A stretch of 64,000 nucleotides of DNA, taken from Eubacteriales bacterium. Its GTDB lineage: Bacteria > Bacillota > Clostridia > Oscillospirales > CAG-382. The DNA is taken from the NCBI GenBank assembly GCA_045637685.1, contig JAZTZW010000016.1, positions 91,670 through 155,669 on the forward strand. Direction: 5' to 3'. The first letter of the stretch is position 1. Each line of letters begins with the position of its first letter. Positions 37,853 through 47,585 of the stretch are shown here, one piece after another. The translations under genes and the position numbers were made by a program. The notes beneath the pieces were generated by a model. The model saw only the letters and a program-made list of their open reading frames with translations, was not told where the DNA came from and searched no databases.

Positions 37853-38578
37853 TTAAAATCTTCCGCCGCCCCCGCGAGAGCCGCCACCGCCGCTTCGCGA
37901 GCCGCCCGACGAGGTATTTTTCGGGCGCGCAACGCGCGTAACGTTTGAATATAGGAAAAGGTCGCGGCTGTGGGTAAGCTTAAAGCTTCCCTTTCGAACG
38001 TATTCGCGTGCGTTGGTTTGCATCGCCACGCTTTTCAGCTTGCCCTTCATAACAGAGGTGGCGATAAGTGCAACGATAAAGCCGATTATCAATGCGACGA
38101 TAAGCATTGTTCCGAACGGGAACGAAAGCTCGCCATCAACCGCGTTTGCAAAGGAATCGAACGCACCGTAATAATCGCCGCTCGAAAGCTGATCAAGAAA
38201 ATATTCCGAAAGCGCAGTACCCTCGGTAAGGCGTTCCTCGCCGAAAAATTCGATATACCATTCGCGGTCGCTGATAGAAACAAGCAGTATAACGCCGCTT
38301 TCGCCGTCCTCGCCCAAGCCGTAGCCGCCGTCAAGATACGTTTCGGTCGCATAGCGGTACGCGCTTTTTCCGCCGAGCGAATCGACGGTTACCACAACGA
38401 TATCATAGTTATGCTCGGTGCTTAAGCTGTCGAGCTTGGCAAGAAGCGCGTTTTCTTCACCCGCGGTGAGCAGCTCGCCGCCGTCGACAAGGCGCGGGGA
38501 ATCGGATTTTGCCGATGCGGAAACGGCACAAAGGCTTATAATAAGAAGCGCGAGAACAAAAACATAAAATTTCTTCAT
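37853..38578 (-). CDS. TPM-domain protein (YdjH/YgcG-like) with signal peptide, C-terminal TM helix and Gly-rich tail
   Basis: TPM-like core EHNYDIVVVTV...GVILLVSISDREWYI. TM LIVALIIGFIVALIATSV. GGSRSGGGGSRGGGGRF tail. Confidence 0.7.
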   Translation of the reverse strand: MKKFYVFVLALLIISLCAVSASAKSDSPRLVDGGELLTAGEENALLAKLDSLSTEHNYDIVVVTVDSLGGKSAYRYATETYLDGGYGLGEDGESGVILLVSISDREWYIEFFGEERLTEGTALSEYFLDQLSSGDYYGAFDSFANAVDGELSFPFGTMLIVALIIGFIVALIATSVMKGKLKSVAMQTNAREYVRKGSFKLTHSRDLFLYSNVTRVARPKNTSSGGSRSGGGGSRGGGGRF

Positions 38579-38590
38579 ATCCGCACCTCC

Positions 38591-39676
38591 TTAAATCAGC
38601 CAAATAAGCGAGCCGAGCGCGAACACAGCCGCACCGACGATTGCGGTTAATCCGAACAGCCATCTTCTGTATGCTTTTTTATCCAAGGGAAGGTTGCCGA
38701 CGAATTTGCCGGTTTGACCGTTCATCGCAAAGGTGTATTTTTTACCCTCGTAGGTGGTGTTTAAAATCCACACAGGGTAAAGGGCGTATTTCGCAACGCC
38801 GTTGCTTAATCTTACGTTAACCGACGTGGGCACGACGGTGGCATAGCCCTGAACGGTTGCGGCAAACGCCTGCTCGGCGGATTTACGCACACGCTGATTC
38901 GCACGTTCGACGCTTGCGTCGGCATCGACATCGTATCTATCGGCAAGATAGCCCGCAAGATACGCCGTTTGGAAATCCACAGCCTCCGAAAAATCAAACG
39001 GCTCGATAGATTCCATTAAATCGTCTGCCATTTTTGAGCTTCCGTCGACGGGAATGCGGTCAAAGCCCATGTCGCCCGCGCGGGTTACCGAAAAATAGCT
39101 TGTTTTTGTATAAATGTAGTTCGCGTCCGACCAAGTATTCACGCGCGTTGCGCGGTAAAGCGCATCGGCGTTCGCGTCGGCATTGAAAAGCCAAAAGGGC
39201 ACGTATATACCCTTGACCTCGTCGATATGGTTTTCGTCCTTAAAAACCTTGGGAAGCAGTCTTTTTCCTTTTAAGTGCTTAACAAGACCTTCCTTCGCCG
39301 CTTTTTTATCAAGCTTGAAGGGGATAACGTAATCGGGCTTTAGGTCGCCCGCGAACATACCCTTCATAACAACGGGGTTATCACAATAAGGGCACTTGGT
39401 AGCGGCAAGGGTATCATCACCGATAATTTCGCCGCCGCAGGAATTGCAAACGTATAACCGCATTCCTTCGGTTTCGCCCTCCTGCCATTCGCCTCCGGCA
39501 GAAGAATCCCAGCCAAGTTCCTCGGCGCCCTCTCCGTTTAGGTCGTCATCGTAGGATTTAACCGTTTCCATTTCAAATTCGGTGTCGCAATAGGGGCATT
39601 TGAGCTTTTGCAAGCCGCTATCAAAGCCTATCGCGCCGCCGCAGCACGGACATTTATATTCCTTAAGCTCGGACAT
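38591..39676 (-). CDS. double zinc-ribbon protein with C-terminal TM helix (B. subtilis YdjG-like)
   Basis: Two zinc-ribbon motifs, CPCCGG...CPYCD and CNSCGG...CPYCD. ATG at 39676 with GGAGGAAT RBS. C-terminal LFGLTAIVGAAVFALGSLIWLI. Confidence 0.65.
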   Translation of the reverse strand: MSELKEYKCPCCGGAIGFDSGLQKLKCPYCDTEFEMETVKSYDDDLNGEGAEELGWDSSAGGEWQEGETEGMRLYVCNSCGGEIIGDDTLAATKCPYCDNPVVMKGMFAGDLKPDYVIPFKLDKKAAKEGLVKHLKGKRLLPKVFKDENHIDEVKGIYVPFWLFNADANADALYRATRVNTWSDANYIYTKTSYFSVTRAGDMGFDRIPVDGSSKMADDLMESIEPFDFSEAVDFQTAYLAGYLADRYDVDADASVERANQRVRKSAEQAFAATVQGYATVVPTSVNVRLSNGVAKYALYPVWILNTTYEGKKYTFAMNGQTGKFVGNLPLDKKAYRRWLFGLTAIVGAAVFALGSLIWLI

Positions 39677-39800
39677 AGTGATTCCTCCGAAATTAGGTAA
39701 TAAGTAATAGTGAATAGTGAAAAAGTTAGGTTGGCTTTTGCTCGCGCAAAAGCCTTCCATTTTTTTATCTATTATCTATCATCTCTTATTTTTTATCTTA

Positions 39801-41084
39801 TCACACCTTATCTCCGCACTCGGGGCAGAACTTGGGAAGGTTTGCGGGGTCTTCGAATTTATAGCCGCATTTGTCACAGCAGGTCGCGGGCTTTTTTGCG
39901 CCGCATTCAGAGCAGAAATTACCGTTGTTTACTGCGCCGCAGGCACATTTCCAGCCGTCCTCGGGCTTCTTCGCGCCGCACTGTGCGCAGAACTTGCCGG
40001 TCGCGGTTGCACCGCAAGCGCATTTCCAGCCGCCTGCCGCGGGTGCGGGTGCGGGAGCGGGTTGCTGTGCCTGCTGCTGTGCGCCCATAGCGAAAAGATT
40101 CTGTGCATTCATACCGCCTGCATTCATCGCCATACCCATGCCCATAAATCCGGTCATCGCGCCGGCATCGTTTTCTGCCGCCGCCTTCATTGCGTCTGCC
40201 TGTGCACCGACAAGGGTAGCCGCCGCCATAGTGGGGTCGCGCATAATAGCGGTGCGCTGTGCCTGCTTAATCATTTCGGCATCCTCTTCGGGAAGAGTTA
40301 CCGAGCCGAGAGCAACGCTAACAACCTTAAGTCCGCGGAGCTCGCCCCATTTTGCCGAAAGAGCCTCGTTCATAGCGTTTTCGAGGTCGGTATTATGGGT
40401 AACAATCTGGTTGGGGCGTATTTCGAGCGCGCTTAATCTGCCGAAGGCGGGCTGAAGCGCGCTGATAAATTCGGTTTTGAGCTGGCTGTCAAGCTCGTCG
40501 CGAGTGTATTCGCTTTCGATATTGCCGCAAACGTTGGTATAGAAAAGAAGCGGGTTTGCGATTTTATAGGAATAAATGCCCGAGCAACGCACCGATACGT
40601 CGATATCAAGACCGATTTTCGAATCGACAACGCGGAAGGGAATCGGGTTGGGAGTACCGAATTTATTATCGATAAGCTCCTTGGTGTTGAAGTAATAAAC
40701 GCGCTGATCCTTGCCGGTGTCGCCGCCGTATGCAAAGCGCTTGCCCATGGTTTTAAAGGTATCGATAATGCTTTTTCCGAGCGAGCCTGCGAAAATGCTG
40801 GGCTCGGTCGAGGAATCGTAAACGAATTCGCCCGGCTCTGCACAAACCTCAACGATCTTACCCTGCTCGACAATCATCATACACTGTCCGTCCGCAACTG
40901 CAATTACAGAGCCGTTCGAGATAATATTGTCGTTGCCCTTTGTGTTGGAGCTTCTGCCGCTTATCTGCTTTTTGCCCTTTACGGCGAGCACCTCTTTATC
41001 TAGTGAATCGCAATAGAAGAATTCCTTCCACTGGTCGGCAAGCGTGCCGCCCAATGCTCCGATTGCAGCCTTAATAAGTCCCAT
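39801..41084 (-). CDS. SPFH/Band-7 (Band_7_1, YdjI-like) protein with Met/Gln-rich linker and three C-terminal zinc ribbons
   Basis: The N-terminal 300 aa resemble B. subtilis YdjI. Met-rich linker GFMGMGMAMNAGGMNAQ...QQQAQQ. Three zinc ribbons: CACGATATGKFCAQCG, CACGAVNNGNFCSECG and CDKCG..CPECG. Confidence 0.75.
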   Translation of the reverse strand: MGLIKAAIGALGGTLADQWKEFFYCDSLDKEVLAVKGKKQISGRSSNTKGNDNIISNGSVIAVADGQCMMIVEQGKIVEVCAEPGEFVYDSSTEPSIFAGSLGKSIIDTFKTMGKRFAYGGDTGKDQRVYYFNTKELIDNKFGTPNPIPFRVVDSKIGLDIDVSVRCSGIYSYKIANPLLFYTNVCGNIESEYTRDELDSQLKTEFISALQPAFGRLSALEIRPNQIVTHNTDLENAMNEALSAKWGELRGLKVVSVALGSVTLPEEDAEMIKQAQRTAIMRDPTMAAATLVGAQADAMKAAAENDAGAMTGFMGMGMAMNAGGMNAQNLFAMGAQQQAQQPAPAPAPAAGGWKCACGATATGKFCAQCGAKKPEDGWKCACGAVNNGNFCSECGAKKPATCCDKCGYKFEDPANLPKFCPECGDKV

Positions 41085-41129
41085 AGCTAATCTCCTTTAT
41101 GTCTAAATATTTATTCTGTTTATATTGTA

Positions 41130-41792
41130 CTACTTCGTGGTAAGCTTTTCAATAGCCACATTATCGCCCGCAACAACAAGCAGCTCGTTTTCGGCAAACG
41201 GGCGGGTGGGGTCTGCAAGCAGGGTAAAATCTTCGCTTTCCTTATCGGCAACAGCGATAATGCTTACCCTGTATTTTTTACGCACGTCTATTTCGATAAC
41301 GCTCTTTCCCACCCAGCTTTTCGGGGTTAATATTTCGGCAATGGTGAAATCGCCCGAGGGCGCGAAATAATCGACCATGCCGCGGCGCGAAAGCGTATAA
41401 GCAAGCTTTGTGCCCGATTCCTTTTCGGGAAGCACCACGTAATCTGCGCCGACCTTTAAAAGCACCTTTTTTTGGCGCTCGTCGGTTGCGCGGCAGACGA
41501 TTTTCGGAATACCCAGCTCTTTAAGCAAAAGGGTTATAAGAATGCTTTCCGAAAGGTTGTTTTCCATACAAATAACGGCACAGTCGCAATTTTTTACCCC
41601 CGCCGCGCGAAGCACCGCTTCGTTCGTCGCGTCGCCGCAAACAGCGTTGCCAACAATATCGCCTATCGCATCGATTTTTTCTTGGTCGGCGTCTACTACC
41701 AACACCTGCTGTCTGCTTTTTGCAAGCGTGGTTGCAAGGTTAATTCCGAAATTGCCGAGTCCTATAACACAAATTCCCTTTATTGCACTCAT
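41130..41792 (-). CDS. trkA: potassium uptake protein, NAD-binding subunit (TrkA/KtrA)
   Basis: ICVIGLGNFG Rossmann motif and TrkA-N/TrkA-C architecture. Ends in a TAG stop. Confidence 0.85.
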   Translation of the reverse strand: MSAIKGICVIGLGNFGINLATTLAKSRQQVLVVDADQEKIDAIGDIVGNAVCGDATNEAVLRAAGVKNCDCAVICMENNLSESILITLLLKELGIPKIVCRATDERQKKVLLKVGADYVVLPEKESGTKLAYTLSRRGMVDYFAPSGDFTIAEILTPKSWVGKSVIEIDVRKKYRVSIIAVADKESEDFTLLADPTRPFAENELLVVAGDNVAIEKLTTK

Positions 41793-41820
41793 AATCTATA
41801 TCCTTTCCGAATTATACGTT

Positions 41821-43167
41821 TTAACCCACGGGCATACCCAAGCGCGGGTAGCTTATGTTCGGGCGGTCGCGGTTTGTGCGCACAAGAATCGCATACATTA
41901 CCGAGGTAATGCCGATTCTGCCGAAGAACATAAGGCTTATTATAAGCAATTTTCCGAACAGCGAAAGGCTTGTTGTTATACCCACGGTTATACCTACCGT
42001 GCCAAACGCCGAGAACACCTCGTAATACGCGCTCGAAAGCGGCAACCCTTCGACAGCGGAAAGCGTTAATCCGCTTACCGCAACGATTATCAAGCCGATA
42101 ACGAACAGCGCAAAGGCGCGCCGAACGGTTTCGTTTTCTATTCTTCTGCGGCGAAAGACGGTATCGCTATTGCCGCGTATGATGCTCACCGTAGAGGCAA
42201 GCACGATAATAAGCGTGCTTAACTTTACGCCGCCCGCCGTAGAGCCCGAATTACCGCCGATAAACATTAAAAGCATCGAAAACAGCTTCGTTCCCTCGGA
42301 AAGACTGTTCTGGTCTATCGCCGCAAAGCCTGCGGTGCGCAGAGTTACCGATTGGAACAGCGAACGGAGAATTTTCGTCCACGCATTTCCGTCGCCGAGC
42401 GTTGCGGGGTTGTTCCATTCCGAAACCGCAATAACCGCCGCGCCGCCGAAAACAAGTATCGCGCTCAAGACGAGCACCGCTTTGGAATAAAACGAGATTC
42501 TTTTTCTCTCTTTTACATAGTGGCTTATATCGTCCCAAACGAGAAAGCCCATACCGCCCGAAAGAATAAGAGCGATAAGCACGAAATTAATATATGCATC
42601 ATCGGCATACGCCGCGATGCTCGAAAACTCGCCGAGGTCCGCCCCCATAATATCGAAGCCGGCGTTGCAAAACGCGCTGACCGAATGGAAAATGCCGTAA
42701 CAAATTCCCTTTATCCACCCGAACTGCGGAATAAACCTGAACGAAAGCAGCACCGCGCCGATACCCTCTGCCGAAAGCGCGAAAACGGTCACTCTGTGCG
42801 CAAACGAAGCGAGGTTTGAATAGGGGTCGAGATTCATGCTTTGTGTAAAAAGAAGCTGCTCGCGCGGGGAAACTCTTCTGCGCAGAAGCGTCGAAAAGAC
42901 CATCGCGAGCGACATAAATCCAAGCCCGCCGACCTGTATAAGAAGTAAAATAACGCCCTTACCGATTGCCGACCAATACATACCCGTATCTACCGTAATA
43001 AGTCCGGTAACGCAGGTTGCGCTGGTGGCGGTAAAAAGCGCCGTAATCGGATCGGTAAACTCCCCTTTAGAAGAGGAAAAAGGCATAGCGAGAAGAAGCG
43101 TTCCGACGAGAATTATCGCCAGAAAGCCGAAAATGATAACATTTGTCGGCGACATACGCTTTTTCAA
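41821..43167 (-). CDS. trkH: potassium transporter TrkH/KtrB family
   Basis: Multiple TM helices with GG-containing selectivity-filter-like loops (LIQVGGLGFMS, IGGNSGSTAGG). Confidence 0.85.
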   Translation of the reverse strand: MKKRMSPTNVIIFGFLAIILVGTLLLAMPFSSSKGEFTDPITALFTATSATCVTGLITVDTGMYWSAIGKGVILLLIQVGGLGFMSLAMVFSTLLRRRVSPREQLLFTQSMNLDPYSNLASFAHRVTVFALSAEGIGAVLLSFRFIPQFGWIKGICYGIFHSVSAFCNAGFDIMGADLGEFSSIAAYADDAYINFVLIALILSGGMGFLVWDDISHYVKERKRISFYSKAVLVLSAILVFGGAAVIAVSEWNNPATLGDGNAWTKILRSLFQSVTLRTAGFAAIDQNSLSEGTKLFSMLLMFIGGNSGSTAGGVKLSTLIIVLASTVSIIRGNSDTVFRRRRIENETVRRAFALFVIGLIIVAVSGLTLSAVEGLPLSSAYYEVFSAFGTVGITVGITTSLSLFGKLLIISLMFFGRIGITSVMYAILVRTNRDRPNISYPRLGMPVG

Positions 43168-43853
43168 CCCGATACACCTTCCGATCGTTCGAAATATTTC
43201 ATTAATTCAACACCGAGCGCGCTTACGCTTTCGCAGGGTGATTTTCCGCATTTTTCAAGCAGCTTTTCGCTTGGGGTATAGCCGTAGCCGACGGGAATAT
43301 AATCTATTCCCGCGTTTTGCGATACATCGCAATCGGCGATTCCGTCACCGACAAAAAGCGCCTGCTCGGGCGTGAAGCCAAGCTCCCTTATAACCGAAAG
43401 AGTCACCTCGGGGTTGGGCTTGCGGTCGGTATCGCCGCGCACGCCGCGGATATATGCAAAGCTGTTGCCGAAATAGTGCTTTACCATCGGAACAGCAGAT
43501 TTATCGTCCTTGTTGGTAACTACCGCGCACACCGCGCCCGCGGCATTAAGCCTGTTCAAAAGCTCGGCAATACCTTCGTAGGGGGCGGTCGAATCGCACA
43601 TTCCTTTTTGATATTCCCTGCGGAACAGCTCGCGCAGCTTAAGGCAAAGCTCATCGCTTGCACCCTCGGGAAGGGCGCGCCGCATAAGCATAAGCGAGCC
43701 GTTTCCGAGAAAGCCCTGCACCTCGTCTACCGTACGTTCGGTGTATCCGAGCGCCGAAAGTGCACGGTTGACCGCGGCGGCAATATCCCCGATAGTATCG
43801 AGAATAGTGCCGTCGAGGTCGAAGATTATCACTTTTTTGTTAAGCGATTTCAT
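43164..43853 (-). CDS. HAD-family phosphatase (phosphoglycolate phosphatase-like)
   Basis: VIIFDLDGTILDT motif I. ATG at 43853 overlaps the acpP 3' end. The longer TTG-initiated ORF reaches 43871. Confidence 0.7.
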   Translation of the reverse strand: MKSLNKKVIIFDLDGTILDTIGDIAAAVNRALSALGYTERTVDEVQGFLGNGSLMLMRRALPEGASDELCLKLRELFRREYQKGMCDSTAPYEGIAELLNRLNAAGAVCAVVTNKDDKSAVPMVKHYFGNSFAYIRGVRGDTDRKPNPEVTLSVIRELGFTPEQALFVGDGIADCDVSQNAGIDYIPVGYGYTPSEKLLEKCGKSPCESVSALGVELMKYFERSEGVSG

Positions 43854-44070
43854 TTTCGAGATAGGTAGCAATATCCTTTACGGTCTTTACTCCTGTTACG
43901 TCATCGGGGATGATTATGTTCATTTCGTCCTCGAGAGTCATAAGCATTTCAACTATGTCAAGGCTGTCTGCGCCGAGGTCCTCTACTATCGCCGCATCGT
44001 CTGCAATAGTTGCAACGTCGATACGGAGCTGCTTTGCGATAACTTCCTTAACTCTGTCAATAATCTGCAT
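43840..44070 (-). CDS. acpP: acyl carrier protein
   Basis: LGADSLDIVE phosphopantetheine attachment motif. 76 aa. Confidence 0.85.
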   Translation of the reverse strand: MQIIDRVKEVIAKQLRIDVATIADDAAIVEDLGADSLDIVEMLMTLEDEMNIIIPDDVTGVKTVKDIATYLENEIA

Positions 44071-44193
44071 AAAAAATAGTTCCTTTCGTGGTAAAAATGT
44101 TTTTCAACATACCTATAATAATCGATTGCCGAGAAAATTACAAGTAGTTTTTATTTTTTTTACAATTAAAGTATTAAATCAAGGTTAATTCGG

Positions 44194-44222
44194 TTGACTG
44201 CAAAGAATTTTTGTGTTAAAAT
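44194..44222 (+). promoter_or_regulatory. sigma-A-like promoter (TTGACT-17-TAAAAT) for ruvCAB
   Basis: Hexamers read directly. GGAGAG RBS follows before the ATG at 44250. Confidence 0.55.
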
Positions 44223-44249
44223 ATACTGATTAATTATAAGGAGAGCTAT

Positions 44250-44729
44250 ATGCTCATATTAGGTATCGACCCCGGACTTGCAACCATAGGCTTTGGGCTG
44301 GTTATAAAAAGCGGCGACAAATACCGCGCAATAGAATACGGCGCGATAACCACCGCACCCAAGCAGATGATAGAAAAACGGCTTGACGAGATATACGATT
44401 CGATGATAGAGCTGTTGACCAAATACAAGCCCGATTGTATGGCGATAGAGGAAATTTTCTTTAACAACAACATAACAACGGCAATAGACGTTTCGATGGC
44501 AAGAGGGGTTATACTTCTCGCCGCCTATAAATGCGGTGTGGATATTTACGAATACACCCCGCTCGAGGTAAAAAGCTCGGTCGTGGGCTACGGCAGAGCC
44601 GAAAAACAGCAGATTCAGTATATGGTGCGCCTTATGCTCGGTCTGAACGAAACACCCAAGCCCGACGACACGGCGGACGCGCTTGCGCTTGCGCTTTGCC
44701 ACGGAATGAGAATGACTAATTACAATTAA
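44250..44729 (+). CDS. ruvC: crossover junction endodeoxyribonuclease RuvC
   Basis: ILGIDPGLATIGFG N-terminus and catalytic acidic residues. Confidence 0.9.
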   Translation: MLILGIDPGLATIGFGLVIKSGDKYRAIEYGAITTAPKQMIEKRLDEIYDSMIELLTKYKPDCMAIEEIFFNNNITTAIDVSMARGVILLAAYKCGVDIYEYTPLEVKSSVVGYGRAEKQQIQYMVRLMLGLNETPKPDDTADALALALCHGMRMTNYN

Positions 44730-44739
44730 GGAGACGCGT

Positions 44740-45345
44740 TTGATGATACATTTTATTCACGGAACACTTGCATCGCTTACGGCAGAGCACGCCGTTATCG
44801 ATTGCGGCGGTGTAGGCTTTAAGCTCGGCATTTCTATCGCAACAAGCTCGAAGCTTTCGATGAAAAGCGGCAAGGACGTGCTCCTTTACACCTATATGGC
44901 GGTAAGCGAGGATAATATTTCGCTTTACGGCTTTTCGGAGGAGGACGAGCTTAGCCTCTTTACAAGGCTTATTTCGGTTTCGGGCATCGGCCCGAAGGCG
45001 GGTATTTCGATACTCGGCACGCTTTCGCCCGACGACTTACGCTCGGCTATCGCCAACAACGACGCAAAAACAATCGCTCAAGCCCCCGGTGTGGGACTTA
45101 AAACCGCGCAAAAGCTTATTATCGAGCTTAAGGATAAAATTTCGCTCGACGATATTTCGGCACCGACCTCAACCACAGGAAGCGCAAACAGCGAAAAGGT
45201 GCTTCAGGTTATCGATACCCTAACGCTTTACGGCTTTCCCCGTGCAAAGGTTACCGAGGTGCTTAAAAAGCTGGATACCTCGCTCCCGCTCGAGGAGCTT
45301 ATATCGCAAACGCTTCGAATACTCGGAAAGGAGGCGGGACACTAA
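44740..45345 (+). CDS. ruvA: Holliday junction branch migration protein RuvA
   Basis: IHGTL...GVGF N-terminus and HhH motifs (GIGPKAG, GVGLKTA). Confidence 0.9.
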   Translation: MMIHFIHGTLASLTAEHAVIDCGGVGFKLGISIATSSKLSMKSGKDVLLYTYMAVSEDNISLYGFSEEDELSLFTRLISVSGIGPKAGISILGTLSPDDLRSAIANNDAKTIAQAPGVGLKTAQKLIIELKDKISLDDISAPTSTTGSANSEKVLQVIDTLTLYGFPRAKVTEVLKKLDTSLPLEELISQTLRILGKEAGH

Positions 45346-46425
45346 ATGCCGATTAATTCCAAAATACCCGATTATTCCGATGATTTCGATTTCGAAAGCC
45401 GCATAACAGGCGCGGAATTTTCGGCAGAGGACGCCGATAACGAATATTCTCTGCGCCCGAAAACGCTTTCCGAATACGTCGGTCAGCAAAAGGTAAAGGA
45501 CAACCTTTCGGTCTTTATAAAAGCCGCCGCCGCAAGAGGCGACAGCCTTGACCACGTTTTGCTTCACGGCCCCCCCGGCTTGGGCAAAACCACGCTTTCC
45601 TGCATTATCGCAAGCGAGCTGGGCGTTAACCTAAAGGTGACAAGCGGCCCCGCTATCGAAAAAACCGGCGACCTTTGCGCTCTGCTCACCACGCTCGAGC
45701 GCAACGATATACTTTTTATCGACGAAATACACCGCCTTCCCCGTCAGGTCGAAGAGGTGCTTTACCCCGCGATGGAGGATTTTTCGCTCGACCTTATGAC
45801 AGGCAAAGGCCCTGCGGCGCGCTCGATTCGCATACCGCTTAAGCCCTTTACCCTTATCGGTGCAACAACGCGCGCGGGTCAGCTTTCTTCCCCCCTGCGT
45901 GACAGATTTGGTATGCTGTTCAGGCTCGAGCTTTACACCCCCGAGGAGCTTGCGCTTATAATCACCCGCTCGGCAGGTATTTTGGGCATTCCCATTACCG
46001 CCGACGGTGCCTATGAAATAGCACTCCGTTCAAGAGGAACACCGCGTATCGCAAACCGCTTTCTTAAGCGCGTGCGCGATTTCGCAACGGTGGAGGGCAA
46101 CGGGGTTATAGATTTTCATATTACGAGAACCGCGCTCGACGCGCTTGAGGTTGATGCGCTCGGACTCGATTCGGTCGACAGACGTATGCTTTCGGCTATA
46201 ATCAAGCATTTCGGCGGCGGCCCTGTCGGGCTCGAAACGCTTGCCGCGGTTATCGGCGAGGAAGCCGTTACGCTCGAGGACGTTTACGAGCCTTATCTGC
46301 TTCAGCTCGGATTTTTAAACCGCACCCCGCGCGGACGCTGTGCCACCGCGGGCGCTTATCGCCATTTAGGTCTTGACGTTCCGAGCGGAATGATCGACCA
46401 GATAAGCTTTTCGGACGAGATTTAA
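45346..46425 (+). CDS. ruvB: Holliday junction DNA helicase RuvB
   Basis: [12 protein letters not shown] Walker A, DEIHRL and RGTPRIANR. Confidence 0.9.
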   Translation: MPINSKIPDYSDDFDFESRITGAEFSAEDADNEYSLRPKTLSEYVGQQKVKDNLSVFIKAAAARGDSLDHVLLHGPPGLGKTTLSCIIASELGVNLKVTSGPAIEKTGDLCALLTTLERNDILFIDEIHRLPRQVEEVLYPAMEDFSLDLMTGKGPAARSIRIPLKPFTLIGATTRAGQLSSPLRDRFGMLFRLELYTPEELALIITRSAGILGIPITADGAYEIALRSRGTPRIANRFLKRVRDFATVEGNGVIDFHITRTALDALEVDALGLDSVDRRMLSAIIKHFGGGPVGLETLAAVIGEEAVTLEDVYEPYLLQLGFLNRTPRGRCATAGAYRHLGLDVPSGMIDQISFSDEI

Positions 46426-46455
46426 CACGCTACAAAACCCAAAAAGGAGTTTACA

Positions 46456-47313
46456 ATGTACTCTGCTGATAATTGGAAGGAATACCGTCTTCTCGACGCG
46501 AACGGCGGCGAAAGGCTTGAAAAATGGGGTGATTACACCCTTATACGCCCCGACCCGCAGGTTATTTGGAGCGGCGAACGCATTCTTCGCGGCTGGAAAA
46601 AGGCAGACGGAATTTACAGACGCTCACGCTCGGGCGGGGGCGAATGGATAAAAAAGGAAGTTCCCGAGGAATGGATAATCTCTTACGGCGAGCTTAAATT
46701 CAGTATTTCCGCTATGGGCTTTAAGCACACGGGGCTTTTCCCCGAGCAGGCGGCAAACTGGGATTGGTTTACCAAGCTTATTAAAAACAGCGGAAGAGAA
46801 ATAAAGCTTTTAAACCTTTTCGCATACACGGGCGGCGCAAGCGTTGCCGCGGCAAAGGCGGGCGCGTTTGTATGCCACGTCGATGCGAGCAAGGGCATTA
46901 TCGCAAAGGCAAAGCGCAACGCCGAGCTTTCGGAAATACCGCAAAATAAAATTCGCTATATCGTCGACGACGCATTCAAATTTGTCGCGCGTGAAATACG
47001 CCGCGGCAACAAGTACGATGCGGTTATTCTCGACCCGCCCTCGTTCGGACGCGGTCCGGGCGGCGAAAAATGGGTTATCGAGGATTGCTTGGACGAGCTT
47101 GTAGGGCTTGTGTGTCAGGTCCTTTCGGACGACCCGCTGTTCGTTTTGCTTAATTCCTACACCACGGGACTTTCGCCCGCGGCAAACGGATATGTTCTTC
47201 GCAAGCACACCAGACGTTTCGGCGGAAGCGTTGAAAGTCAGGAAATAGGTATTCCCGTTGAATCGAGCGGTGAAATACTTCCCTGCGGCGCGGCGAGTAG
47301 GTGGACACCATAA
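46456..47313 (+). CDS. class I SAM-dependent methyltransferase (RlmI/YwbD-like catalytic domain)
   Basis: LNLFAYTGGASVAAA SAM-binding motif and ILDPPSFGRG. Confidence 0.65.
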   Translation: MYSADNWKEYRLLDANGGERLEKWGDYTLIRPDPQVIWSGERILRGWKKADGIYRRSRSGGGEWIKKEVPEEWIISYGELKFSISAMGFKHTGLFPEQAANWDWFTKLIKNSGREIKLLNLFAYTGGASVAAAKAGAFVCHVDASKGIIAKAKRNAELSEIPQNKIRYIVDDAFKFVAREIRRGNKYDAVILDPPSFGRGPGGEKWVIEDCLDELVGLVCQVLSDDPLFVLLNSYTTGLSPAANGYVLRKHTRRFGGSVESQEIGIPVESSGEILPCGAASRWTP

Positions 47314-47585
47314 CACCCCAAAAATGCAAGCATTTTCGGGGACCCCGTAACGCTGACGCTCTCGACACAAAACGCAAGCGTTTTGGTCGGTTAAGGGTTT
47401 GTGAACGCCGTTCGCTCGCGCAGCATTTGTGCGCGCCTGCGGCTTGTCCAAATGCTCGGCGTTCATAGGAGTATTTTTCGACGCACGTGTCGCCGAAAAA
47501 TACAAAATTCGATTGTAAAAACGCTTTGCGTTTTGAATTTGGTTTTGAATTGTTTTTAAGTTTTTATTGAGTTATAGGTAAAGTA

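Noticed and set aside
43164-43167. c-di-AMP (ydaO) riboswitch expected upstream of the trk/ktr potassium uptake genes
   Set aside because: There is no intergenic space here. trkH overlaps the upstream HAD gene stop by 4 nt, so no leader RNA can be present at this locus.
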